The notes under the pieces: model-generated
Databases searched by the model: none
Seen by the model: only the letters and a program-made list of their open reading frames with translations
What the model was told of the DNA's origin: nothing
In this document: piece by piece, positions 46,932 through 56,260 of the stretch
Numbering within the stretch: position 1 is the first letter of the stretch
Layout: the number at the start of each line of letters is the position of its first letter
Assembly: GCA_020848435.1 (NCBI GenBank)
Contig: JADLAC010000043.1
Location: 64,670-128,669 of the forward strand
Source of the DNA: Burkholderiales bacterium
GTDB taxonomy: Bacteria > Pseudomonadota > Gammaproteobacteria > Burkholderiales > WYBJ01
Reading direction: 5' to 3'
DNA length: 64,000 bases
Made by a program: the position numbers and the translations under genes

Positions 46932-48452
46932 TCATCGGCCGAGCGTCGGCATCGCCAAGCTCGGACCGAGCGGCTTGTCCTCGGTCCAGCGCGTCGTCAC
47001 GACCTTGGTGCGGGTATAGAAATAGACCCCTTCCATGCCGTGCACGTGTAAGTCGCCGAAGAGTGAATTCTTCCAGCCGCCGAAGGAGAAGAACGCCATG
47101 GGCACCGGGATGGGCACGTTGATCCCGACCATGCCCACTTCGATCTCGTTCTGGAAGCGGCGCGCGGCGCCACCGGAGCGAGTGAAAATCGCGGTGCCGT
47201 TGCCGTAGGGATTGCGGTTGATGAGATCGATCGCCTGGTCGAGCGATTCGGCCCGCAGCACGACCAGCACCGGGCCGAAGATCTCGTCCTGGTAGATCGT
47301 CATGTCGGGCGTCACGTGATCGAACAGCGTCGGTCCGATGAAGAAACCCTTCTCGCGCCCGCTCACTTCGAAGGCGCGCCCATCGAGCACGAGCTTGGCG
47401 CCCTGCGCCTCGCCCGAGTCGACGTACGATTTGACCTTGTCGCGATGCTCGCGCGTCACCAGCGGTCCCATCTCGATACCCTGCCGGTCGCCCGGACCGA
47501 CCGGCAGCTTGGCGGCCTTGGCGCGTATGGCATCCACGAGCTGATCGCCAATCGCTCCGACCGCGACCACCGCCGACACCGCCATGCAGCGCTCGCCTGC
47601 CGAGCCGTAGGCTGCGCCCACGACCGCATCGGCGGCGAACTCGAGATCGGCATCGGGCAGAACCACGGCATGGTTCTTCGCTCCGCCGAGCGCCTGCACG
47701 CGCTTGCCGTTGCGCGTTGCCGTCTCGTAGACGTAGCGCGCGATCGGGGTCGAGCCGACGAAGGAGACGGCCCGAATCCCCGGGTGCTGCAACAACGCGT
47801 CGACCGCCTCCTTGTCGCCGTGCACGACGTTGAGCACGCCGTCGGGGAGGCCCGCCTCCGTCGCGAGCTCCGCCATGCGCAGCGAGGCGGACGGATCCTT
47901 CTCGGAAGGCTTGAGCACGAAGGTGTTGCCGCATGCGATCGCCACCGGAAACATCCACAGCGGCACCATCACCGGGAAATTGAACGGCGTGATGCCCGCG
48001 CACACGCCGAGCGGTTGCAGCAGCGAGTGGCAGTCGATGCCGCGGCCGACATCCTCCGCATGCTCGCCCTTGACGAGGTGCGGCACGCCGCTCGCGAATT
48101 CCACCACTTCGATGCCACGCTGAAGCGAGCCAGCCGCGTCCGCCAAGGTCTTGCCGTGCTCCTGGGTGATCAGCCGGGCGAGCTCGTCGCGGTGCGCTTC
48201 CAGCAGCTCGCGGAAACGGGTGAGGATGCGCGCACGCCGCACACTCGGGGTCTCGCGCCATACGCCGAATGCCTGCATCGCGCAGCGCACGGCCGCATCC
48301 ACATCGGCCGCATTGGCCATGGGCGCTTTTCGAATCACTTCGCCCGTGGCGGGATTGGTGATATCGGCGGTACGCGTGCTGGTCGCGTCGCTCGCCCGGC
48401 CGCCGATCCACAGCGGCAGCGTGCCGCCCGTGCTCGTATCCACTATGCTCAT
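46932..48452 (-). CDS. mmsA: CoA-acylating methylmalonate/malonate-semialdehyde dehydrogenase
   Basis: Start at MSIVDTSTGG with RBS AGGAG. GERCMA catalytic Cys and the C-terminal FSFGGWKNSLFGD typical of MmsA. The ORF-track extension to 48665 runs through the repeat element and is rejected. Confidence 0.85.
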   Translation of the reverse strand: MSIVDTSTGGTLPLWIGGRASDATSTRTADITNPATGEVIRKAPMANAADVDAAVRCAMQAFGVWRETPSVRRARILTRFRELLEAHRDELARLITQEHGKTLADAAGSLQRGIEVVEFASGVPHLVKGEHAEDVGRGIDCHSLLQPLGVCAGITPFNFPVMVPLWMFPVAIACGNTFVLKPSEKDPSASLRMAELATEAGLPDGVLNVVHGDKEAVDALLQHPGIRAVSFVGSTPIARYVYETATRNGKRVQALGGAKNHAVVLPDADLEFAADAVVGAAYGSAGERCMAVSAVVAVGAIGDQLVDAIRAKAAKLPVGPGDRQGIEMGPLVTREHRDKVKSYVDSGEAQGAKLVLDGRAFEVSGREKGFFIGPTLFDHVTPDMTIYQDEIFGPVLVVLRAESLDQAIDLINRNPYGNGTAIFTRSGGAARRFQNEIEVGMVGINVPIPVPMAFFSFGGWKNSLFGDLHVHGMEGVYFYTRTKVVTTRWTEDKPLGPSLAMPTLGR

Positions 48453-48472
48453 TGCATCGCTCCTGGTTCTGC

Positions 48473-48564
48473 GGTCAGGTCTTGCACGTTGCATGTTTCG
48501 GACATTGCAGCACATCTTGCAACGTGCAAAACCTGACCCCACCTTCAGTTGACCCCACCTTCCA
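48473..48564. repeat. Inverted-repeat (REP/MITE-like) element, copy C, with a 16-bp-period terminal duplication
   Basis: The left arm is GGTCAGGTCTTGCACGTTGCA (48473-48493). A 24-nt spacer follows. The right arm is TGCAACGTGCAAAACCTGACCCC (48518-48540). TGACCCCACCTTC is repeated at 48534 and 48550. Confidence 0.85.
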
Positions 48565-48567
48565 CCT

Positions 48568-49968
48568 TCAGTCTTGTTTGCCGTAGAGGGCGCGGAAGGT
48601 CTTGCCCGCGGGCGCGGGCATGTCGCGGCCACCGCTCCAGCCGCGCCCGAAGGGCAAACGCGCAATCCGTCGCTCGTGCCCGCCCAGCCAGCACAGCAGC
48701 TTGGCGGCGAGGCTGGTTGCGAGCGCGTAGAGACGCGGGTGCGCGGCGAGCCGCGCCCAGCCGGCGAGCGCCATGCGCTCGTGCCAGGGGCGTAAGCCTC
48801 GCTCGTACTGCTGCTCGCGCAGCTTGCGCAGCAGCCCGGGCAACGGGATTTTCACCGGGCATACCACGCCGCATTGATTGCACAATGTCGCCGCATGAGG
48901 GAGATCGAGCGCGTTCTCCAGGCCGAGGTAGCTCGGCGTCAATACCGACCCCATCGGTCCCGGATACACCCAGCCATAGGCATGGCCGCCGACGCTCTGG
49001 TACACCGGGCAATGGTTCATGCATGCGCCGCAGCGGATGCAGCGCAAGATCGCGCGAACCTCGCTGGCCAGAATACGCGAGCGCCCCCCGTCGAGCAGCA
49101 CCACGTGGAACTGCTCCGGACCGTCGAGCTCGGCTGCATCGCGTATGCCGGTGGTGAGCGATACGTAGTTGCTGATCGACTGCCCGGTGGCCGAACGCGG
49201 CAGCAGCCGCAGCAGCGTGGCGACGTCTTCGAGCGTCGGCACGACCTTTTCGATGCCGGTGATGGCCACGTGCACGCGCGGCAGCGTGGTCGCCATGCGG
49301 CCGTTGCCCTCGTTGGTGACGATCAAGGTCGATCCGGTTTCCGCCACGATGAAGTTGGCGCCCGTGATCCCCATGTCCGCGCTCAGAAAATGCGGCCGCA
49401 GCCGCTCGCGCGCTTCGCGCGTGAGCTCGCCGATATCGGTCTTGCGCGGGCTGGCGTGCTTTGCGGCGAATAGATCGGAAACCTGGTCGCGCGTCTTGTG
49501 GATGACCGGCGCAATGATGTGCGAGGGCGGCTCGTGCCCGAGCTGCAGGATGTATTCGCCGAGGTCGGTCTCCACTACTGCGATGCCGGCGGCTTCCAGC
49601 GCGGCGTTCAGCGCGCATTCTTCGCTCACCATCGACTTCGACTTGACGGCCTTGCGCACGCCGTTGTCACGGGCGATCGCAACCACGATGGCGTTCACGT
49701 CCGCCCAGGTCTCGGCCCAATGCACGACCGCGCCGCGCGCGGTGCAGTTGCGTTCGAAGGCCTCGAGGAAGAAATCGAGGTGCTCCAGAGCGCGATCGCG
49801 TATCTCCGCGGCGGCTTCACGCACTGCCTCGAAGTCGTCCAGCTCGGCGATCGCGGCCGCGCGCGCGGGAACGAAACGGCGCTTCAACCCATCGAGCGCC
49901 GCGCGCAGATCTCCATCGGCCAGCTTCTCGGCGGCCCGCGACTTGAAGTGCATCGATGTGGCGTGCAT
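48568..49968 (-). CDS. lutB: LutB/YkgF-family iron-sulfur lactate utilisation protein B
   Basis: 466 aa. 4Fe-4S motifs CIRCGACMNHCPVY and CNQCGVVCPVKIP. LUD-type domain. Confidence 0.85.
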   Translation of the reverse strand: MHATSMHFKSRAAEKLADGDLRAALDGLKRRFVPARAAAIAELDDFEAVREAAAEIRDRALEHLDFFLEAFERNCTARGAVVHWAETWADVNAIVVAIARDNGVRKAVKSKSMVSEECALNAALEAAGIAVVETDLGEYILQLGHEPPSHIIAPVIHKTRDQVSDLFAAKHASPRKTDIGELTREARERLRPHFLSADMGITGANFIVAETGSTLIVTNEGNGRMATTLPRVHVAITGIEKVVPTLEDVATLLRLLPRSATGQSISNYVSLTTGIRDAAELDGPEQFHVVLLDGGRSRILASEVRAILRCIRCGACMNHCPVYQSVGGHAYGWVYPGPMGSVLTPSYLGLENALDLPHAATLCNQCGVVCPVKIPLPGLLRKLREQQYERGLRPWHERMALAGWARLAAHPRLYALATSLAAKLLCWLGGHERRIARLPFGRGWSGGRDMPAPAGKTFRALYGKQD

Positions 49969-50020
49969 GCTCAGCCTCTGGTTGCGGCCGAGCCACGCCG
50001 GCGCAGGCTACGCGCCTGGC

Positions 50021-50758
50021 TCACGACGGCTCCCGCGTCTTGCCCGCCAGGACTTCGGCCACGTGCAGGACTTGCATGCGCGCCTCGCCCCGGCGGCGCA
50101 GGCGGCCTTCGATATTGAGCATGCAGCCAAGATCGCCCAGCACCACCGCGTCGGCTCCGGTCGCGGCGATGCGCTCGCATTTCGCGTCCACGATGCGGGT
50201 GGAGATGTCGCCGAACTTGATCGCGAACGTGCCGCCGAAACCACAGCACGCCTGCGCCTCGTCCATTTCGGTCAGCGCGAGACCCTTCACTTTGGCAAGC
50301 AACGCGCGCGGCTGTGCCTTGACGCCGAGCTCGCGCAATCCGGAGCAGGCATCGTGGTAGGTCACGGTGCCGCGAAACTCGCCCGCGACGGTAGCGAGCT
50401 TCGCCACCCGCACGAGAAAATCGGTCAGCTCGTAGGTCCTCTCTGCCAGCGCGCGCACGCGCGCTTGCCAATCGGGCGCAGCGGAGAAGAGCTCCGGATA
50501 ATGCGTGCGGATCATGCCCGCGCACGAGCCCGAAGGCGCGACCACGTAATCGCAGGGCTCGAACTCGGCGATCAGCTTTTGCGCGAGCCGCTTGGCGCCG
50601 GCGCGATCACCCGAGTTGTAGCCGGGTTGGCCGCAGCACGTCTGGGTGCGCGGCACGATCACTTCGCAGCCCGCGGATCGAAGCAGCTCCAGCGCGGCGA
50701 AACCGATGCGCGGGCGCATCAGGTCCACCAGGCAGGTGACGAACAGTCCGACGCGCAT
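50021..50758 (-). CDS. lutA: LutA/YkgE-family (Fe-S)-binding CCG-domain protein
   Basis: Start at MRVGLFVTCLVD. Two CCG motifs (TCCGQPGYN and ACCGFGG). 245 aa. Confidence 0.85.
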   Translation of the reverse strand: MRVGLFVTCLVDLMRPRIGFAALELLRSAGCEVIVPRTQTCCGQPGYNSGDRAGAKRLAQKLIAEFEPCDYVVAPSGSCAGMIRTHYPELFSAAPDWQARVRALAERTYELTDFLVRVAKLATVAGEFRGTVTYHDACSGLRELGVKAQPRALLAKVKGLALTEMDEAQACCGFGGTFAIKFGDISTRIVDAKCERIAATGADAVVLGDLGCMLNIEGRLRRRGEARMQVLHVAEVLAGKTREPS

Positions 50759-50784
50759 CGCAAGCCTGTGCTCTAACGGGCCGA

Positions 50785-52233
50785 TCAGATCCCGCTCTGG
50801 GTGACGAACTTCGCCACGAGGTAGGGCTCGATCGCATCGGCGCCGCCTTCGGTGCCGTAACCCGAGTCCTTGACCCCGCCGAAGGGCACCTCGGGCAGGG
50901 CCAGTCCGAGATGGTTGATGGTCAACATGCCGGTCTCGACCTCGGCTGCGACCGCGGTCGCTGTCTTCGCGGAGCGCGTGAAAGCGTAAGCCGCCAAGCC
51001 GTAGGGCAAACGATTGGCTTCGCCCACCGCCTCGTCGAAGCTGCCAAAGGAATTGATCATGGCGAGCGGTCCGAACGGCTCTTCGTTCATCGCCCGCGCT
51101 TGTTTGGGCACACGCGTGAGCACCGTCGGTTCGAAAAAATTTCCCTTTTCGCCGATGCGACTTCCGCCCATCTTGCGCTCGGCTCCGGCCTTGAGCGCAT
51201 CGTCGACCAGCGTCTCGATCGCGCGCACGCGGCGCGTGTTGGCAAGCGGACCCATGGTGGTGCCTGGCTGCAATCCGTCGCCCACTTTCACCTTGCCCGC
51301 GGCCATGACGAACTTGCCTACGAAATCGTCGAACACCTTCTCCTGCACCAGGAAGCGCGTCGGCGACACGCATACCTGGCCGGCATTGCGATACTTGGCG
51401 GCCGCGAGCATCCGGCTCGCCGCATCCACGTCGGCATCGTCGAACACGAGCACCGCGCCGTGACCGCCGAGCTCCATGGTGACGCGCTTCATGTGCGCTC
51501 CCGCCAGTGCGGCAAGCTGCTTGCCGACCGCGGTCGAGCCGGTGAACGAGATCTTGCGGATGATCGGATGAGCGATGAGATAGCTCGAAATCTCCGCCGG
51601 CACGCCGTAGACCAGGTTGATCACACCCGGCGGCACGCCCGCATCGACGAAAGCGCGCACCAGCTCGGCGGGCGAGGCCGGCGTCTCTTCGGGACCCTTG
51701 ACGATGATCGAGCAGCCGGTCGCAACGGCGGCACAAAGCTTGCGCACGACCTGGTTGATCGGAAAATTCCACGGCGTGAAGGCGGCGACCGGGCCGACCG
51801 GTTCCTTCACGACCAACTGGTACACCCCGGCGCTGCGCGCCGGAATGACACGGCCATAAGCGCGGCGTCCTTCTTCCGCGAACCAATCGATGACGTCGGC
51901 CGCGGCAAGCGCCTCCTGTCTTGCCTCCGCGACCGGTTTGCCCTGCTCCAGGGTGAGTAGCGGCGCGACGGCGTCGGCACGGGCGCGGAAGATCTCCGCA
52001 GCCTTGCGCATCGTCTTGTAGCGCTCGAAGGCCGAGGTCTTGCGCCAGGTCGCGAAGCCCTTTTGCGCCGCCTCCAGCGCCCGATCCAGGTCCGGGCGCT
52101 CGGCGTGCGCGACGCTACCGATCGGTTCGCCGCTGGCCGGATTGACCACCGGCAAGGTCTTGCCCGAAGCCGCCGGGCACCAAGCGCCATCGATCAACAA
52201 CAGCACTTCGGGGTACGCGGATTGTGGGGCCAT
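50785..52233 (-). CDS. NAD(P)-dependent aldehyde dehydrogenase (succinate-semialdehyde / 2,5-dioxovalerate DH-like)
   Basis: 482 aa. ELGGHG, catalytic Cys in GQVCVSPTR, and FTGST. Confidence 0.85.
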   Translation of the reverse strand: MAPQSAYPEVLLLIDGAWCPAASGKTLPVVNPASGEPIGSVAHAERPDLDRALEAAQKGFATWRKTSAFERYKTMRKAAEIFRARADAVAPLLTLEQGKPVAEARQEALAAADVIDWFAEEGRRAYGRVIPARSAGVYQLVVKEPVGPVAAFTPWNFPINQVVRKLCAAVATGCSIIVKGPEETPASPAELVRAFVDAGVPPGVINLVYGVPAEISSYLIAHPIIRKISFTGSTAVGKQLAALAGAHMKRVTMELGGHGAVLVFDDADVDAASRMLAAAKYRNAGQVCVSPTRFLVQEKVFDDFVGKFVMAAGKVKVGDGLQPGTTMGPLANTRRVRAIETLVDDALKAGAERKMGGSRIGEKGNFFEPTVLTRVPKQARAMNEEPFGPLAMINSFGSFDEAVGEANRLPYGLAAYAFTRSAKTATAVAAEVETGMLTINHLGLALPEVPFGGVKDSGYGTEGGADAIEPYLVAKFVTQSGI

Positions 52234-52411
52234 GACGTTTGTCTCCTTGACTTCGAGTGGGCGGGCTCGGCGGGGCGGCTGTCCGAACGCGAGCCTCGCC
52301 TTACGGGGCGATCGTCGCCCCGCCGGCCACGAACATCGGTACGGTGACCTGCTCCAACATGCTGTCTACCGTCAATGCACGAATCGGCTACGCGACGAAG
52401 CAGTCCGAAAA

Positions 52412-54730
52412 TCACGCACCCGGCGTCTCGCCCGCGAACGGCGGTGGATCGAAGGCGGTGATGGGCGGAAGCTCGCCTTCGTAGCGCTCGACCTGGACCA
52501 GGCAACTATGGGCGCTCGCTCCCTGGGTGAGCTTGGACGTGCCCTTGTCGAGTGTCAGCACGTTCGCATTGCCATGCTTGTCGAGCGTCCCGATCTCGCC
52601 GGGAACCAACGGATCGTACCAGGCACCGGTGGACATCTGCACGACGCCGGGCTTGAGTCCCGCTTCGATGCGCACCCCGGCAAGACATTGGCCGCGATCA
52701 TTGAACACGCGCACGATATCGCCACCCCGCAAGCCGCGCGCGGCGGCGTCGTGCGGGTGCATGCGGATCGGCTCGCGTCCCTGGATCTTGCGCCCGCGGC
52801 TCACGGCGCCGTGATCGTATTGGGAATGCAGCTTAGTGGCCGGCTGACTCGATATGAGGTGCAGTGGATGGCGCGACGCCTTGTCGCCCAGCCACTCCAC
52901 CGGCTCGAACCATGCCGGATGGCCCGCGCAATCGGCGTAGCCGAAGGCGGCGATGCGCTCGGAAAAGATCTCGATCTTGCCCGAAGGCGTCGGCAGCCGG
53001 TGCGCAAGCGGATCAGCGCGGAACTCGCGAAACATGACGTGCGGGTGATCGGGCCGGGGCACCTCGAAATAGCCCTTTGCCCAGAAGTCATCGAAACCGG
53101 GCAGCGCGATGTCATAGCGATCCGCGCGCTCGCGCGAGGCTTCGTAGAGATAGCGCAGCCATTGCATGGTGTCGCGGTTCTCCGTGTAGGCGCGCTGCGT
53201 GCCGAGGCGCGCCGACAGCTCGCTGAAAATGGCATAGTCGTCACGCGCCTCGCCCGGTGCATCGACCGCCTTCTTCATCGCGATCATGAACCGGTCGCGC
53301 CCCGACGAGCCGATATCGTCGCGTTCGAGCGAAGTGGTCGCGGGCAGCACGATGTCGGCATGCTTGGCGGCCGCGGTCCAGAATTGCTCGTGGATGACGA
53401 TGGTCTCGGGCTTGCGCCAAGCGCTCAACAGGCGGTTGAGATCCTGGTGATGGTGGAAGGGATTGCCGCCGCACCAATACACCAGGCGGATGTCGGGATA
53501 GACGCAGGGTTTGCCGTCGAAGTCGTAGGTCCCACCGGGATCGAGCAGCATGTCGGCGATGCGCGCCACGGGAATCGGCGTCTTCACCGCGTTGTTGCCC
53601 TGCGGCAGCACCGGGCCGGAGAACGCGTGCGCATCCGCGCCTTCCGCGTTGACGGGCCCGTATCCCAAGGCGAAGCCGCCGCCCGGAAGGCCGATTTGCC
53701 CGAGCATCGCGGCCAGCGTGACCGTGAGCCAGAACGGCTGCTCGCCATGATCGGCCCGCTGCAGCGACCAGCTCGCCGAGATCATGGTCCGATTCGCGCT
53801 CATGCGCCGGGCCAGATCCACGATCCTATCGGCCGAGACCTCGCAAATCGGCGCTGCCCAGCCGGCGCACTTGGCGACGCCGTCGACGTCGCCCAACAGG
53901 TACGCGCGAAAACGCTCGAAACCGGCGCAGTGGCTCGCAAGGAAGCCGGCGTCATGCCTGTTCTCGGTCACCAGCGTGTGGGCGAGCGCGAGCATGAAGG
54001 CCGCATCGGTGTTCGGCCGGATGGGAATCCACTCGACCGCGCGGTTCGTGACGAGATCGCCGCGTACCGGGCTCACGTTGACCAGCTTCACCCCGGCCGC
54101 CGCCAGCCGGCGAAGCCACAAGCCGACTTCATGTTGAGACGCCCCGCCCGAGTTGACTTGCGAGTTGCGCAGCGGCACCCCGCCGAAGGCAACGAAGAGC
54201 TTGCAGTGCTGCTCCAGCACGCTCCAGGGCGTGTGCTGGAGACGCAGTTGGTCCATGTCGGCGACGATATGCGGCAGCAGCGTGCGCGCGGCGCCGAGGC
54301 TGTACGTGCCGACGTGCGCGACATAGCCGCCAGCGCAATTCATGAAGCGATGCACCTGGCTCTGGGCGTGATGGAAGCGCCCCGCGCTCGACCAACCGTA
54401 AGAGCCGGCGAATATGGACGAGTTGCCGAAGCGCTTGCGCACGCGCTCCACCTCCGCGGCCACCAGGTCGAGCGCGCGTTGCCACGAGACTTGGACGAAC
54501 GGCTCGGCGCCGCGCTTGTGCGTCGCCGCGCCAGGCCCGGCGTCGAGATAGCTCTTGCGAACGGCGGGCCGCAGCACGCGCGTCGGCGAGGTCAGCGCGC
54601 CCGGGATCGAATTGCCGATGGGCGAAGGCTGCGGGTCGTGGGCGAAGGGCTTGAGGGCCTTGACCTTGCCCGCTTCGACCTCGACTTCGTACACGCCCCA
54701 ATGGGTAGACGTAAGCAAGGGTGCATTCAT
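52412..54730 (-). CDS. Cytoplasmic molybdopterin S-/N-oxide reductase (BisC/TorZ family)
   Basis: Start at MNAPLLTSTHWGVY with RBS AGGAGG and no Tat signal. DMSO-reductase-family segments run throughout. 772 aa. Confidence 0.8.
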   Translation of the reverse strand: MNAPLLTSTHWGVYEVEVEAGKVKALKPFAHDPQPSPIGNSIPGALTSPTRVLRPAVRKSYLDAGPGAATHKRGAEPFVQVSWQRALDLVAAEVERVRKRFGNSSIFAGSYGWSSAGRFHHAQSQVHRFMNCAGGYVAHVGTYSLGAARTLLPHIVADMDQLRLQHTPWSVLEQHCKLFVAFGGVPLRNSQVNSGGASQHEVGLWLRRLAAAGVKLVNVSPVRGDLVTNRAVEWIPIRPNTDAAFMLALAHTLVTENRHDAGFLASHCAGFERFRAYLLGDVDGVAKCAGWAAPICEVSADRIVDLARRMSANRTMISASWSLQRADHGEQPFWLTVTLAAMLGQIGLPGGGFALGYGPVNAEGADAHAFSGPVLPQGNNAVKTPIPVARIADMLLDPGGTYDFDGKPCVYPDIRLVYWCGGNPFHHHQDLNRLLSAWRKPETIVIHEQFWTAAAKHADIVLPATTSLERDDIGSSGRDRFMIAMKKAVDAPGEARDDYAIFSELSARLGTQRAYTENRDTMQWLRYLYEASRERADRYDIALPGFDDFWAKGYFEVPRPDHPHVMFREFRADPLAHRLPTPSGKIEIFSERIAAFGYADCAGHPAWFEPVEWLGDKASRHPLHLISSQPATKLHSQYDHGAVSRGRKIQGREPIRMHPHDAAARGLRGGDIVRVFNDRGQCLAGVRIEAGLKPGVVQMSTGAWYDPLVPGEIGTLDKHGNANVLTLDKGTSKLTQGASAHSCLVQVERYEGELPPITAFDPPPFAGETPGA

Positions 54731-54970
54731 CGACGCGCCTCCTTCGCTGGCTTGTTCACTCGTTTCGGCGCGGCGAGCGCCGCCCTGACATCGGGTGGCG
54801 CCATGTCGCACGCGGTCGCGGACGCCATCGCCGCAGAGTCGGCGTTGATGCCGGCGATCTTACGGTTGCTTGCCCATGGCCTCGATGGCCACTTCGCTTG
54901 CCGACCGGATGCGCGCGAGCTTGCGCGCGCTCGTGAGGGTGTATTGCAGCGCTTCATCGCGTGGTTTGCC

Positions 54971-56038
54971 TCAGCCGGCCGCCCGAGCGCGCGGTTGCAC
55001 GGCGCGTTCCCATACGCGGCGCACGGCCGTCACGGCCTGCTCGACCTCGACCCGGCCGATGTGGCGGTGGGTCACGAAGCGTAGCTGCGAGCGCCCGTAA
55101 TCGCTGGTCGCCACGCCTTCGGCGGCGAGGTCGCTCACCCATTGCCGCGCTGAGCGTCCGCTGGCCGAGATATCGACCCGCACGATATTGGTTTCGATGC
55201 CTGCGGCATCGACCAGGCTGGCATCGATCTGCCCGAAGCCTTCCGCGAGCAGTCGAGCGTTGGCATGATCGTCGCGCAACCGCTCGATCATGCATTCGAG
55301 CGCGACGATGCCGGCGGCAGCCACGATCCCGGATTGGCGCATCGCACCGCCGAGCATGCGGCGGAAGTGGCGGGCACGCTCGATGAAGGCCGCGCTGCCG
55401 CACAACAAGGATCCCACGGGAGCGCTCAGGCCTTTCGATACGCAGAAGCACACTGAATCCGCATACGCGGCGATGCGGCTCGCGTCGACGCCGAGCGCGA
55501 CTGCTGCATTGAAAAGGCGCGCGCCGTCCAGATGCACGCCGGCCCCGTGCGCGCGCGCGACGCGCTGAACGGAAGCCATGTGCTCGAGCGCTAGTACGGC
55601 GCCGCCGGCGGTGTTGTGGGTCGTCTCCATGCACACCAGCGCGGGAGCGAGCTGCTTGGATGCCAGCCCCGACTCGAACGCGAATTCGAGCGCGGTCGGG
55701 TCCATCGCGCCGCGCGTGCCGGCGATCGGGCGATAGAACAATCCACCCAACAGCGAAATCCCCGAGTTTTCGTAGCTGATGATGTGCGCCGTGCGTTCGA
55801 GCAAGACTTCGGCGCCTCGGCCGGTGTGGGTCAGCAACGAGCACAAGTTCGCCATGGTGCCGCTCGGCAGGTACAGCGCCGCCTGCTTGCCGACTTTTTG
55901 CGCCGCCAGCGCTTCGAGCTTACGTACTGTCGGGTCGCCTTCGCGGCCGTCGTCGCCCAACTCGGCGTGACGCATCGCTTCCTGCATCGCTTCCGTCGGC
56001 TTGGTAACCGTATCGCTTCTGAGGTCGATCGGGGCCAT
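54971..56038 (-). CDS. ltaE: Low-specificity L-threonine aldolase (PLP, beta-eliminating lyase family)
   Basis: Start at MAPIDLRSDTVTKPT with RBS AGGAG. LRSDTVT, GTMANL and CVSKGL (PLP Lys) motifs. Confidence 0.8.
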   Translation of the reverse strand: MAPIDLRSDTVTKPTEAMQEAMRHAELGDDGREGDPTVRKLEALAAQKVGKQAALYLPSGTMANLCSLLTHTGRGAEVLLERTAHIISYENSGISLLGGLFYRPIAGTRGAMDPTALEFAFESGLASKQLAPALVCMETTHNTAGGAVLALEHMASVQRVARAHGAGVHLDGARLFNAAVALGVDASRIAAYADSVCFCVSKGLSAPVGSLLCGSAAFIERARHFRRMLGGAMRQSGIVAAAGIVALECMIERLRDDHANARLLAEGFGQIDASLVDAAGIETNIVRVDISASGRSARQWVSDLAAEGVATSDYGRSQLRFVTHRHIGRVEVEQAVTAVRRVWERAVQPRARAAG

Positions 56039-56260
56039 CGCTGCTCCTTCGGTGAGGGTCTTGGCCGGCCGCTGTCCGCGCAGGGGACGGGCCGCGAAAC
56101 TGCTAAGCATGCCCGAAGGCGGGGCGATGGTCGAGTGGCGGCTGGTGAGGATGTGATCGGGTCGGCGCTGCAAGTTAGCGCCACGAACGCCGACCCGCGG
56201 CTGGACGCACCCTTGTCGAGCGCCTCGCAGAACAATCGCCGCGCGCCTGCTCAGGCGCGA

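Noticed and set aside
46932-48665. 577-aa extended version of mmsA
   Set aside because: The extra 71 codons read through inverted-repeat copy C and into the lutB 3' end. ATG 48452 has an AGGAG RBS and gives the normal MmsA N-terminus.
52040-55084. 1014-aa ORF antisense to the BisC-type molybdoenzyme and neighbouring genes
   Set aside because: It is a shadow ORF spanning three real minus-strand genes and their intergenic gaps. The sequence is R/A/G-rich and low-complexity, with no motifs.
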